Assembly (NCBI GenBank): GCA_000934665.2
Contig: KZ538905.1
Coordinates: 1-41,009, forward strand
Length of the DNA stretch: 41,009 nucleotides
Direction of reading: 5' to 3'
Source: Catajapyx aquilonaris
Taxonomy: Eukaryota
This document shows, one piece after another, positions 12,271 to 27,437 of the stretch. The position numbers were made by a program, and so were the translations under genes. How positions within the stretch are numbered: position 1 is the first letter of the stretch; each line of letters begins with the position of its first letter. The notes below the pieces were generated by a model. That model saw only the letters and a program-made list of their open reading frames with translations, did no database searches and was not told where the DNA came from.

Positions 12271-13821
12271 GGCATATTAATAAATTATTGTTATTATTTT
12301 TAGGAAAAACACGTCATTTGGACAATGTTGTTCTTAACTCGTATGATGCAATTTTTTTTTGCAGGTTTGTCATCCCCAAATATGCGAATAATGACGTGAG
12401 AGACACTTCCTCCCGCCGGGAGTGTTTTCCTGCTGATGAAAGGTGATCCTGTGCCCACCCACCCATCACATTAGCAGATGTGCAGCCTCTTCTGATGGGA
12501 GTCCGACGAGTGCACCGCAGCAGCAGCAGGCGGGAGAGAGAGACCGCACCGTGTTTTTCAAGTGCTATATCATCCTTTCTGTAGGGAGGGGGAGTGTGAG
12601 CAAAGTGGCCCCCACTCTCCCCTCTCACCCTCCCATCCCAGCTTCATTCACCTGATGAGAGGCCCCGCTCAGTAAATTAAAAGATTATCTCCCTTCTCCC
12701 CCGCAAAACCTTTTATCTGCTGCCTCTCCCTCCAGCTCCTCCCTTTTTTTCTCCATGTTGTCCCAACTCCCACTGCCAATACGTTTATCTTGTAATGGAG
12801 CTAAGGATCCGCATATAAACCACGCTTTAAAAGGTCAATATTGCCCAAATGCGCAATATGTTCCATCCACCCTTCAAGGATCATCCACTTTGATACTGCC
12901 TATAGAGCAGCAGACTCAAGGTGCGCTCGTATAAATGCAATCTCAGAAAACTGGCCAATATTTTAATTCAATTTTGACGCAAATGTGACTTATCGCTCTG
13001 CACATCAAGGATTCATAATATGAGTAGGTCACTATAAAAACCAGGCTGTCTCATGGTGTCAAAAGTGTGTTTATTATTCGGCTTTGTTCAGGTTCACCTT
13101 CCATTGGGAAAGGTCACCTGGGCCGTGAAAATACTCTCTGAAGGATTCGTATACAGAAGCAGATACCCTGGTTTTCATAATTACAAATTACCTATTCATA
13201 TATTAGCTATAAATTGAATTATTTAAATGTACATTATTGCAGCCAAATTCGCTTAATAAATACAACAACCCAGCCTCATGCTGACATTGCAGCATGTACA
13301 ACTCTGCACTTCTGCAGGCAAGACTTGCATTTCATCTACCCTGCAAACATGCCATTTGCACCTGCACCGAAGTAGCACCCCAGTGCCAAGAGTCCTCTTT
13401 GAAAGAGGCGAACCTGAGCCAGAAGAATGGCCGTTCCCTCCACTATACTGCACACCCTTCTGGCTGTCATTGGATCGATGAGACAGTCTCGGTTGTAAGC
13501 CTTGCAGTGCGCATGTTGAAGTGAAAATCTCTCTCTCACCCCCTCCACCTAGCCACCCACCCTCTCGAACCGTTCCTGAGTGTATGTTGTGGGTTCCCCC
13601 AAAATGCTTGGCAAGCCCCGCCCCATCCAAGCCCGGATGAGAGGAAAGAGAGGCTTAGCCGGACACGCGCTCTTCTTCCTCATACATGTTCGCCAGACAT
13701 GGCTTCTGACGGCCCTCGTCAAGTGGAGCACCCCTCCTCTTCGGTGGTGGTGGTGGTGGCGGTGGTCTTCCTCTTCTTCTGAAGCTTATTCAAGTCGGAA
13801 GCTTATTCCAGTTTGGACCAG

Positions 13822-15662
<1,841 letters not shown>

Positions 15663-16474
15663 CTTGTGATGTTTTTTGGCGAATTTTTGCACACATACAG
15701 TTTTTGGAGTGGATTGTGTGGAGCAGAAGAAAATGTTTCAGAATTGACGGTTTTTGTAGGATCATGTGAAAACACAACCAGCTGCTATTCCTCGCCGAAT
15801 GTTCAGTATATACCAAAATCCATACACTGTTTTAAGAAGACGAAGAAAAAAAAAGTAAATTAAAAAGATTTTGCATTCATTTCCCCGGCCGGTTTCACCA
15901 AGCAGGTTACATTATAAATCCTCGGTTTTAACAAGAATTGCCATAACAACCATTGTTGACAACAATCAAAACGAGTCGAGGATTATCCGAAAAGAAACTC
16001 ATAATCTGTTCGGTGAAACCCGGTCCAATAAGGCTAAATGTTATTGCGAACATGTGATTTTTTTCCCCGGTTTTATTTTGCCATTGCGCATGATGGTCCA
16101 GAGTGGCGGGCCGTGAAATAATCTGATTGAAATACACGCAGTATAATTAATGTCAGATTCGTAATGTTGATTGCGTTTAAATGATTCGGAAAAAAGTGTG
16201 CTTCTACTGTATAGAAAGGGGCTTGTGCAATTTCTCGTGAGTGACACACAAAACTGTACAAAATTCATACGTTGCAACTCATCAGAATTTGCAATGCGGA
16301 CATGCAATGTTACTATACACTCGCTTGAATAACATCCTGGTCCAACCTTTCGATTTTGCGAGATTTAAATGCAAAACACTGTCCTTCAGTTATTTCCTTG
16401 GCAATATTTCGATCTATAACTTACACGCAACGTATAAAATTGGTGCATTTATCCTTCTAATTTTCACACAGGCT

Positions 16475-16480
16475 AATAAA
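16475..16480 (+). promoter_or_regulatory. Candidate NK3 polyadenylation signal
   Basis: First AATAAA seen after the NK3 stop, followed by GT/T-rich TAATGTTTGATTATGGTTTG. Confidence 0.4.
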
Positions 16481-19400
16481 TAATGTTTGATTATGGTTTG
16501 ATAGACCACTTATGTTTTGTACAAATATGCACTATTTAATATTGGTCCATGTATTGTAAATAATATTAGAAAGTTTTGGTTGCTTACATGCCAAGCGTGT
16601 AAGCATATTATACGAACTATATATACAGCATATTGCCTTAATGACTGGGTGTCTTTCATATGTAGGTTGCTACTACTTCAGTCCTAAACACGATCATTTT
16701 CGATAAATTTCATGTACATTTTCACAGCCAGACATTGGCTGACATAAGTATTTCCAGATATTTTATACTCTATGTAAGGTAATGCTGTTATTTTCGGATA
16801 ATTTACTGCTTACTCAAATGTTTTCGAGGAGGAGTAATACAACACTGTGTAAATAATTATTATAATATTCTGCTACAAAAACAGGCGTAGTATTGTAGTG
16901 TATCTCGCATAATTTATTTTATCTCATAAAACTAATATTATTTAAGCCTATACTAGTCGGATGTGAGACTAGTGTGCAAACTGGATCTCCTCAGGTTCCT
17001 ATTTTTTTGAACACGTCTTCGAATCGCAATTACTTTACAGACCACACAATTATTATAGATCGCTGCGTGACTGTGTACACGATGTAAAACTTCACGTAAT
17101 GCAAATAAGAGGTGGGTTGGAATAAAGAAAAAGAAATAAATTATTGTCTGAACCACTCATTGTCAAGCATTCAGAGTATTCTTTCACGCCCGCAGATGCA
17201 TCCACTTTGATCTAAGAAGTCCTTTGCGGTAGCACTTATTTCCTGTCCCATCTCCGGTACGCCTTGCAAAAATTAGCACCCTTCTTCCCCTCTCTTGCCA
17301 ACTTCCTCTGAGAAATTGCGACACGGAATCCGGCTGCGGGATCCTTAAAAGAGGAGACAATCGGACACGCTCTGGCGCCCTCTGGAGCAACTTCCTCTTC
17401 TTCAAAAAAATATTTGAGAGTGAGAAAGAGAGAGAGAAAAAAAGTTGGGCGTGTGCATGTGTGTGTGTTATATATGCAGAAGCAAGCAAGCAGAAAGCAG
17501 AGGCGAAAAATGATACCCGGTCCTGGCACAGCTGCTTCCCACAAACTGGGCCCTTCGAACCTTTTAATTACTCCCGCTAAAGTCCTTCCGATAAACACCA
17601 CCGCGTGGATCATAGGCCATTTATGGAGACCACCCAAAACGGCGGAAGAGCCTGCTGACTGGCTGTCCCAACCATAGGACCTAACAACTTTCTGAATATT
17701 TCTCGGGCAACCATCCAGAAGAAGCAGCTCTCGAGAAATGTCTGTCGAAGTTTGCATGTCTTTGAGGGGACGTCAATCACAGAAGCCTTTGATTGACATT
17801 AATTATTTTGACTTTGCTCAAATATTATTTGGCCTACCTTATTACGAGTAACATCGTATACATTGGCAGGTAATTTGCATACACTATTTTAAAACCTGTA
17901 AAGATTTTAATATTCAGGCAAGGATTCATTCCGGATTTTATCCGCTCAATATAAAAGGGCAATCATACAGGATATATACCACCTTGACGTTAAATGAAAA
18001 TTTTAAAAACTAGCACACAATAACAGTAACTTGCCGAGAGACAGCGTATAATTCACGTGAGAAAATATTATTTGCGCAATAAAGAGTGACACTTGAATCG
18101 TCCTTTTATAAGGCGCTTCTCAGATAAACAGCGATAAAATGCAAGGCCGCTTTACACTTTGAACCAACTAGGTCAAACCTCTTCTGAGCTGTGATTGTTC
18201 CTCTGCGTCATTGCGTGCGATTGTACTAAACTTTGGCCCACTTGCACCAACTATGCGGATGAGTAATTAATTTAATTCTTAGTTGGCAGGAATAAACCAA
18301 AAAATAAGGCCAAATCTACTAGTAGTGCATATCTTGGAATTGTTTTTAAAATTTTCTCCTGGTACACGAGGCACAGAGAAAGTTGTTGAGTTTCTTGTGT
18401 TGGCTAAGGGCCGGTGCTGGGTCCTCCTTTTAAATATGATACATCTGGTAATTTCATTGTCTAGACGCCGCTCTATTATGCTCTCAAAGGGACTATGAAT
18501 TCCGTGCCCCCAACACACTGAATTCCACAAGTGCATCTCTTCCTGTTTAGCAATCGAGGCCAAGTGGGCAGCAGCATTTTGGGGAGGGGTTATTTGGCAT
18601 CAGCAGCCTCTTCTTTTCTGGGGGGTTCCCATACGGATCATGTTCATCATCGCCTCACTTTAAGGTCCCTTTCCCCCCTCACCCCATCTCCTTTTGACTT
18701 TTCTCAGTCCAACCTCCTAGGCGCGATAAATGGGGGGAAATTAATGATGGGTTGTTTTGGGCTGAATCGGGATAGGCTCCAGGCCAGGGGTTGACAGCAT
18801 AACCCCTTTGTGGTATGTGTCGCTTCGGGTCACACGGCACAGTCAGAAAAAAAAGAAAAAGGAGACGTCGGAATAAACCAGCGCACCTTTTTAAGTGTTT
18901 TAAGTGAAGAAGAAGTGGGTTCACTGAAGGATTGTATAAATACGGGCCTCCTAATTGCCCTGTTGACGTACGCGAGGGAGTTGGAGGCAGTCGAAGTTTG
19001 GGAAGAAGAAGACAAGAAAAAAAAGTGTGAGAGGGGGGTTGGGAACATGAGATGCACACTTGCATTCGAGCTTGGATGTGATAGAGAGAAGGTCCATATG
19101 GACTCTTCTGGAGGCTGAGACTCGGCACGACATGTGAATCTCCTCAAGGGAGACATTCTCAAATTGGGGAGATTGTTTATAGGGTACGGTCTCTTTTTTT
19201 GGGGAGAAGCCATATAATCAGCAACAATAATGTGCTGTGTGATCCATAGTGAGTGTGAAAAATTTTGACGAAATAATATGACATCTCATTATAATTTAGG
19301 CTATAGGGTGAACTCCTGGGAACAGAAGGATTCACGTATCACTTGGCCTCTGGAAAATTTGCTTGAATAGTTCTAAACCACATTTTACAGTACTTATTTA

Positions 19401-22077
19401 CCAGCACACACTATTAGATAAAATGTCTCAGAAAAAAGACTTGCAGCTTCTACATCGTTCTTATTATTTTGATCTATATTTCCCATACAGCGGTATATAG
19501 CTTCAGCGGGCTCCTTGAAAGAAAGATGAGAAAGAAGAAGCTTATTTTCCGGTGCCTCGACTTGGGGCCTAGAGTTTTGTTTGTTGAACTCCATCATCCG
19601 GGTTATTTATACTCGGCGAGACATCTTGGGCGCAATGTTTTAAGGGAGATGAGTGAAAGTGAACACTTTGTCCCTAGCTTAGCTCCCCATCACTTCCAGC
19701 CAGCAGTTCATCAAGAGGAAAAGCCCTTCGGCCAAGTGAGCAGCATCCATCCGAGCAGCAGGCCCGATAGGTGAGAATAGGATGAGCCTCGGCCCGATAA
19801 ATACGACGGATAAAAGCCAGACTAGAAATAGAAACCACTCTTTTTTTCCCCTTCCCTTCCCTCCCTCACCTATCTCTTTTGCAGAGGGATGCGCATGGTC
19901 TAAAGTGCACGCGAATATACAAAAGTGTGAACAGGGTTTGGATTGTGCGCTGGGCTTGTTTACAGGAGGGTATAATTAATCCTGCTTGGTTTTGGGAGAG
20001 AAAAAAGGGTTGTCATGTAATGAGCAGGGAGGCCACTTCACAAATCAGGTCTGGTAATGAGCCAAAGGCAAAATGCCACTGTTCACTGTGGTCTTGTACA
20101 ATGTTCTGGTTGATTCTGAAGACACAATTAATGAAAGTGCGCACACTATTAGTTCAATAGGACTGTACCGGATATGGGGGTTGTTTTTCCGAACATATTA
20201 GTGTCACCATTCCTTTATAGAAGCCTTTGTAATGGCACCATCAACATCCATCACTTCCAGCAAATTGTAGTGCAATTCGCCATATTTTTCGAGGAAGACT
20301 AGGTCGCATGCTTGTGACCTTAATACATTTCTTTTTTACTTCTATAAGTCGTGCCCGTGTATAAGACGAAGGATCGATCACTATCCGGCCACGGTTAGTG
20401 CCAGGCAGGTTGAAACCAGGCGATCAGGTATCCATCGAATCACTTTCAGAAGCTCCTCGGCATCAAGAAGTGACGAGCCAAAGTGGATTGCCCCCCATTG
20501 TTCCCTGACTGGGGGCCTGCCCCAACCACCCCCCAATCTCTTTTTAACCAAAATTCCCTTATGGAGATGGCCGCTTTTCATAAGCCCAATGGCGACTCAA
20601 GTCCCGGCGCTCAAATTCCCTTTGTTTGATAAAATATTGCCCGGTAGGATTTTTCGGGGGAGGCGAAAATGATTTGGCGTTTCCCAGGCACGGAAACGGG
20701 GCGTCAAAAGCGCCTTTGTGCCACTAGGTACTATTGTATGCCCCTCACCCTCCACCCACCCCGTTGCCCCCCTCAATACCCAGGGCGCCCTTAATGCTCG
20801 ACGCATTTTTGTAGACTCGCTTTTTAAGCCAATCTTGGAAATGAAGTGCGGAGCGACGGACTGCATGATAATCAAAATCTCAAAAAGTCTCCCCACCCCC
20901 ACCCCACTCCCCATTCAAGGAATATTCCAATTCCAGGGGGTCGCAAAAAAAATATGCCATTGGAAATGCCCTGCTAACGAGCATCATTAGGGTAAATTCT
21001 TAACACTCACTTAGAGCTGCAAAATGTTGCCGAATTCGTAATTTTTTTTGGAGGTGCCCGCCCCATTTCTCTGTCAGCTTACTGCACACTAAATACTGCT
21101 CCAATCTTTCTCTCAAGCTAATTATAAACTGAAAAGAGTCCTCTTCAGAAAGGGGTCCTAAATATGACTCCTCGAGAGGTCCAAGTGCACCTTAAGTATT
21201 CCTATTTGTGCCACTTTAAAAACTTTCAGACTTTTTTTTTCTTTCTGTGTGTGTGTATGTGCATATAGCCCAAGCTCCAACTTTCAAGGTTCACCAACCC
21301 TTCATTCTGAAGTGTCCGGGTGTGCCTTGTATGTCACCACTACCAATGTGGGCTTCCACCCAAAAGAAAAAGAAACTCCGAAGTGATTTGTTGCCCCCTA
21401 ATTTTTGCGCCAGTTTGTTGCGAGTTTGAAACTTTCCAACTGGGGGTCTATAGGGTATAAGGAGACAAATACGTAATGATTCTGGCGAGTTCAGGAAATT
21501 TACAGCGCCCCCAGATGTTATATCCTTGGATGCGTGCAGAATGGTTGCGACAACGGAGTTTTCACTTAGTTACGCTTGTCGCAAGGTGGGTGCCAGGACT
21601 TGCGCCAAAAAACGGGAGGTCGCACCCTCGTTTTTAGCGATCTTAATGAGAGTGGAACCCATGTTTGTCTCCATGTTGCCAGGACCCACCGCTGAGGACC
21701 CACAACAGCCTCTAAAATACTTTCCCCATTTTTTTTCCAGTCCGTGAAAAGGACACCAATCGGTCCTGGTGACAGGTCAGCCTTGGGATATGACAGGCCC
21801 TGCACAGCTATGCTCCAACTTCTCCGAAGACGACGATCGATAGGCTAACAAAAATCCGCAATCCGCAATTTTGTGAGAACGTGGCAAAAATCAGGCTCAC
21901 AGCAAGTCACTCTCTGTCAAATCATCCATTCTTGCGGAGGGTCCTTTTCGAGAGGTTCGGGGGCCAGCACTTGTTGGCTTTCGGTATGCAGGAATCGTCG
22001 CCGCGGTTGTGGTGACGATGCCAATGGGGGTCGAGAGGGTGGATGGGTGAAAAGGGGGGGGGGGATAAAAGGGGGGG

Positions 22078-22087
22078 NNNNNNNNNN
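22078..22087. other. Assembly gap (10 N)
   Basis: N run flanked on both sides by the same GGATAAAAGGGGGGG, suggesting overlapping contig ends in a poly-G tract. Confidence 0.9.
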
Positions 22088-22659
22088 GGATAAAAGGGGG
22101 GGGGGGAGAACCCTCCTCCTCCTCCTCCTTCTCCCTCCTCTACTCCCCGCTTCCAACCCGCAGGCGGCCACGCAATTTTCCCCGCTATTGCACAAGCTGA
22201 AAGCGGAGCAAAATGGCGCCAATCAAGACCTCTTCATTGCTTTTTAAACGGTTCTTCTTCTCATGCTGATAACTCAATTATCGTCGTCTTTCGGTCCGAG
22301 AGGAAAACGTGCCTAAGGGAAAGACCCGCGGGTTGCAGGAAACGCTGCCGGATGAATGGTCCTCATCCTCCTCCTCCTCATCCCAGCATCCAGAAGAGCA
22401 GCAGCTATAAGGGATGGGGGACCCGAATCGAGGTTTCGGCCACAAGTGGAGGGACCAGCATGCAAATGGATCTTATCTGCCGCCCTCTAAGTGGGTTATT
22501 TCCTAAGGGACGGCACAGGGTGCAAGCAAGGCCACTAACAACAACATTGGCAATACAGGGTGTTCCAGGCAGACTCATGCGAATACTGCAGAAATCGTGC
22601 ATAAACTAATTTTTTGCCCAAATGATACTGTCGGAAATAAACTGTCAAGTGATCCGTAA

Positions 22660-22923
22660 AATTGAAGAGTGGAAATGCCAAAGTGCTACAATTTTTGATG
22701 GGAGATAGTTATTGAGTTTATTTCAATTTGATATAGATCATGCACATATACAGCATAGCTGGAGCCATGTGTAGGATATACCTTTCAGTACTAATAGAAT
22801 TTTTTGGCACTTTGCCTCCTGCATGGGACTAGGCAGTGGACATAGAGCATTTTGCACGCAAAATCTCAATATTTCTAATTATTTTCTTGCACTTAGAGCC
22901 TTTGGTATTTCCACGCTTCAATT
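22660..22923. mobile_element. Degenerate MITE-like element
   Basis: 24-bp inverted repeats AATTGAAG(A/C)GTGGAAAT(G/A)CCAAAG at 22660-22683 and 22900-22923, with an AT-rich interior; no clear TSD. Confidence 0.5.
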
Positions 22924-25880
22924 ATCCTGCGTTTTAGGCAACCTGTTCTTCCTGCTTGTTTAGAGGGAAGAATAAGCAGCAGGAGCAAAGTTGGGGTTGG
23001 ATTTCGTAGAGTTTTCGGCCTCTGTTTCACTTTATTTTATTGTGAAAATATTTAAGACCCATTTATACATTATAGAAACTATTTTTGTCAAGCGAAAAGT
23101 GGCTTAAAAATTCTCACTTGGAATAAAATAGTTTGTCATAAGTTACCTAATAAATTCTATCCGCACGTTTCATCATGCTTCGAAAAGTGGCTTCATTTTG
23201 ATCACGTCCGTTCCTCTCAGCATCCCTAGTCCGTGTAAGAGATGCAAGAAGAGTCTTCTTCCCCTTTTTTTTCTTCTTCTTCCTTTTTTTCCAGAAGGGG
23301 GTTAGAGGCAACTAAGCCAATCCAGCTTGTCCGTGGTATTCCTGAGCAGTCGCCCCCCTTGTTCCCTCCAGCAGAGACCCTTCTTCCAGCAGGCCGCGCT
23401 TTCCAGTTCATTAGAGTCCATTACGAACGACTAATTGCAAATCAAATCATTGTCATCGGACGCTAAACGACATAATGATGGCTCAGCGGGAGGTCCCTTT
23501 TGCTGGGCTTGGGAGGGAGCTGAAGAGAAAAAGGAGACAGAGAGAGAGAGCGTTGAAGGAGGAGGAGGAGAGAACCAAAAAAGGAAAAGAAGGTGGAAGG
23601 TGGAGGGGGTAAACGGGGGAGGAAGGGAGGGCAGACAAGGACCGTCCAATGGAGGAGAATTGCGATCGTGGTCTGGTTTTTCTAATCCGGAAAGGTCGAT
23701 ACGGAGCTGGCGCATACCCCTCCGGATTTCGGAACACTTTGGCCACGTGGAATATATACACACTGACCAACAGGAGAGAAAACAAAGTTTGTTCCCTCTA
23801 GCAACCTCTGGTGGCCAGAGGTTCACCCAGCAGATAATTGTGAAACACCCAGTGTAAACTGTCCTGCCCGGTGCACAATCAAATGTTAAAAGAAACGTGT
23901 GAGTACCGTTTATTTTGAAACATTTTAGAAGTCTTTTCCTGTCCCCCGCTTGGAAACACAGTGGATGTTCATATACATCTAGGGCCCTGTGCATGGCTTT
24001 TGCCCCCGGGGTGTGGTCCTTTCCCTCCATCCCTCTCTCTCCCCCCCATTTTATTATAATAAACACCCGTTTCTCCATCTCCCTGAGCCGCAAGACGGAG
24101 CCGACACCGCCGAATTGCGAGAGGTGAGAACACATGGCTGCCATTATGGGGCCCGATTGGAAACAAATTCAGCCAGGGCGGTCCTTTCAAGTTTTGGGCA
24201 CTTGCCGACCATTATAACACTCGCATCGCCCTTTTTCCTGGCGCCAGATTTTGCCAGACCCTGCTGCTGTGCTAAAGACCACAATTCCTCAAGTTATATA
24301 CTCTGATGTGTGGGGGGGCCAACCAGATTGCAAAATGTCGGTTTGGGACGATGGAAATAACATTTGAATGATTTGATTGAAAAACCAAGCCAGTGTAAGT
24401 ACCATTCACAGCATGTATAATCCCTCGTAAGGACCGCTCTAGATAATGAAAATAGTGTCGCGTGGGATGAGCCTTGCCTCTAATGCCCACCTTCCGGCCT
24501 AGTGATGCTGCGAAGTAGAGAGAGAGAGAGAAATGTGCTGAAGAGCTGAACAAACGAGAGCTGGATGGAGCCACTGTTTATTTAGCCGGCTTCTTCTTCC
24601 TTTTTGGCCCCCCCACACATCCCCACCCACTCTCACCTCAAACTCATCCCTGCTCGCGACTCATATACTCTCTTTCTACTTGGGAGCTTCCCCCCGACAT
24701 GTGTTTCGCATCTTGTCCGCTGCCTAGGGCCATTACTCCAGAGCCGACAGAAACCTTAGACGCCAAATAGCACCATTGGGCCTCACAGCATCGCCATATT
24801 GATTCGTGCCACACTGAGCAGAGTGAATCCGGGCAATAAGAGAGATCAGGTTATTGTGCATGGCCTACCCGGATTTATTCATACCCTTTCGTCAATCAGT
24901 ATTCGTGCAAGCGACCGGACATGAATCGAGTTTGTTAACTATTAATAGGCTCATGGCGATAATGGGCTGTGATTGTGCACAGGGGTCGGGTTAACAATGG
25001 GCTGAAATCGGCGCGTCTTCAAAAATAACATTTTAACAATAATTGCATTTTTGTTGGGTTTAATTTCTAGTTGTTTTAATAGAAGAGGAGCTAATTAACA
25101 TGCTTTAGAGATAACATCTTCTCTGCTCTGTGCTTTGCATATACATGTGCATACAGTATTTATATCTCCAGAGAGTCATGAGCGAAATCAGATACCGGTA
25201 GGCTATATAGTTTGACGGATTATTTAAAAATGAGTTGTTCTAGAGTCTATCTTATTCATTGCTCAAAATTTTCCTACATGTACATAATGAGCCCCAATAC
25301 CGGTGAGTGACATCTCTCGAAGGTTTCGAAGCTGACACTTCATTTACGAAAAGGAAAAAAAACTTGGCACCTCATCCTGATAGACAAAGGTCAAAAGTTA
25401 TGAAATCAAGGATATCTGAATATTATTATCTCGTCACTTGACTTATTCAAGTGCTATTTTTATCTCAATGTGAGACTAAATTTATACGGTACTGATATTT
25501 TTGAAAAATATTGGTGCGATAGACTATACGTGCTGCCATATTATGAATAGTGTTATGGACACTTTTCTGTCGTACAAAAATGAGAAAAATAATATTAGTG
25601 TAAATATTGTTTATCATTCATTTACAGATACAAGTTACATTGCGTCAGCGCGTGAAATAGTGTCACGTTGTTAACAAATTTAAGTGGTTAATTTCTCCAT
25701 AAAGATGCTGCCCGTGTAAATTCCATCTTTCACTTACCCCTTATTATGTCCAACGTAGGTTGTTGACAGTGTTTGATAAATACAGCGCATTTATTTTGTT
25801 AGTATCTACATACTGGACCTGAATGTAGTGTCCCATTTTGATAAAGTCAACATCAAATATTCGTCAGTTCGCTCAATCAT

Positions 25881-25937
25881 TTATTTATTTATTCTATTTA
25901 CCATATCCCGATGGGCCGTACNGACACCAACAGCAGA
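25881..25937 (-). mobile_element. 5'-truncated non-LTR retroposon (LINE/SINE 3' end, 57 bp)
   Basis: Perfect 16-bp direct repeat CAGTTCGCTCAATCAT (25865-25880, 25938-25953) flanks a 57-bp insert that ends in a (TAAA)n tail on the - strand. Confidence 0.75.
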
Positions 25938-27245
25938 CAGTTCGCTCAATCATCTCGAAGGTCTTTTCCCTTTTATTTTTTTCTTCGCCACTTCCTCGCA
26001 AATGTGCTAAAGTTATGCCTTAATAGAATCCGCAAAGTAAGCTTACATCCTGCCCAGCCTTCACCCCCTGTTAAGCCACAGAACAGGTGTGAATGTTTTA
26101 ACCCTTTGAAAACACACGCTAAACATCAAGGCAACTCACACCCCCAATACGCACAAAACCTTGCAAAAAAACGCGGATTTTTTTTTGCACCCATCCATTG
26201 TGTACCTCCTGCACGGAAAATCCGCCGTTTATGAAACCCTAACAAGCTCAGCCGTTGTGAAATAAAATCTACATTCTCTCTGAGCCTCTCTCTCTCTCTT
26301 TCGTCGATAATTACACAATCCTTCTTTCAGTGCTTTCCCTGCCATCTAACGACTGCAACTACACACTAGACCTACTCATCCTAAACCACCTCCAGCAAGT
26401 TTGGATATTCCCCGCTGTGGGGCAGCCACATCGTTCGTCTCAAGCCTGGTAAAACTAAAAATAAAAATATTTAGATTCGACAAAAAGTGGCTTGATAAAT
26501 AAACGTGAAATCAAAAGCAGATCCGAGTTATAATCGTGGCATTTAAAGCCTCTCTTTCTCCCTCTTTTTTTTCTCTCTGACTTGCTTTCGGGAGGTCTAG
26601 TAATAGATCCGGGCCTCGGAGATCCGAAAGCCACTTAGCGGAAAGAATTACAAGCCATCAAAACCCTGCATTCCTCTGTGGGTCTTTTCATGGGGGTCGG
26701 AGGTCAAAGAAGTGGAAATAAACAGGCCGTAATTAATTGGCCCGAATGCCTCCAGGGATAGGAGAAATTGTTGTTTGTAAATGTCGCAGTCGTACTATAT
26801 AGTCTACATCGACGGATTTACCTATCGGGGCATTTACAAGTGGATGTTGAATATTTTATTGCGACTAGTCAGGTTCGGTTGACTTAAGAAATTAAACGAC
26901 GCGAGAACCATACCATTTTTTTTAAAGGGTTGAGAACAGATATGTCGGGCAGGAGGTTATCAGTAATGATGTAATAAATGACTTGCATACCAGTTCTCTA
27001 ACGTGACATCAAGTGGGTATGCTTGTTTTATGGTTAATGCTTTTTAAATATCTTGTAAGATCTTTTATTATGATTTCGACTTCACATAAATCACAGCAAC
27101 GCTCGTGAACAAATTTTTTCCCACATTCCTTTGCCATATAATCCATTAAAACGTGTCTCAAAATGGAGTGTAATTTATTGTTGCAATGCAAATTGTTGTT
27201 GTCGTCGTCACATATCAAGCAATGCTTACATACAGGTAACCATAA

Positions 27246-27437
27246 TTGAAGGGCTCTCTGCAATAACCAGGTATGTCGTATGTGCACTTATGACTTTTTT
27301 CCCCGAGTTTTAAAGCGAAAAGCCTGTAAACCAGATATGTCCACATTGCAGAGAACACTTACATAGGATTTTCGCTTTAAAACTCTGGGAAAAAAGTTCT
27401 AAGTGCACATACCTGGTTATTGTAGAGAGCCCTTCAA
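27246..27437. mobile_element. Fold-back MITE, possibly PIF/Harbinger (Tourist-like), 192 bp
   Basis: About 80-bp inverted arms starting TTGAAGGGCTCTCT(G/A)CAATAACCAGGTATG, with a 7-bp indel; TAA on both flanks (27243-45, 27438-40). Superfamily assignment rests only on the putative TSD. Confidence 0.8.

Noticed and set aside
18810..19118. Protein-looking 102-aa ORF
   Set aside because: GTG start and no recognisable family; its E/K richness comes from purine tracts in the NK-site block.
23431..24144. 237-aa and 140-aa ORFs in the intergenic region
   Set aside because: Driven by GA/CT low-complexity tracts; no domain or exon structure.
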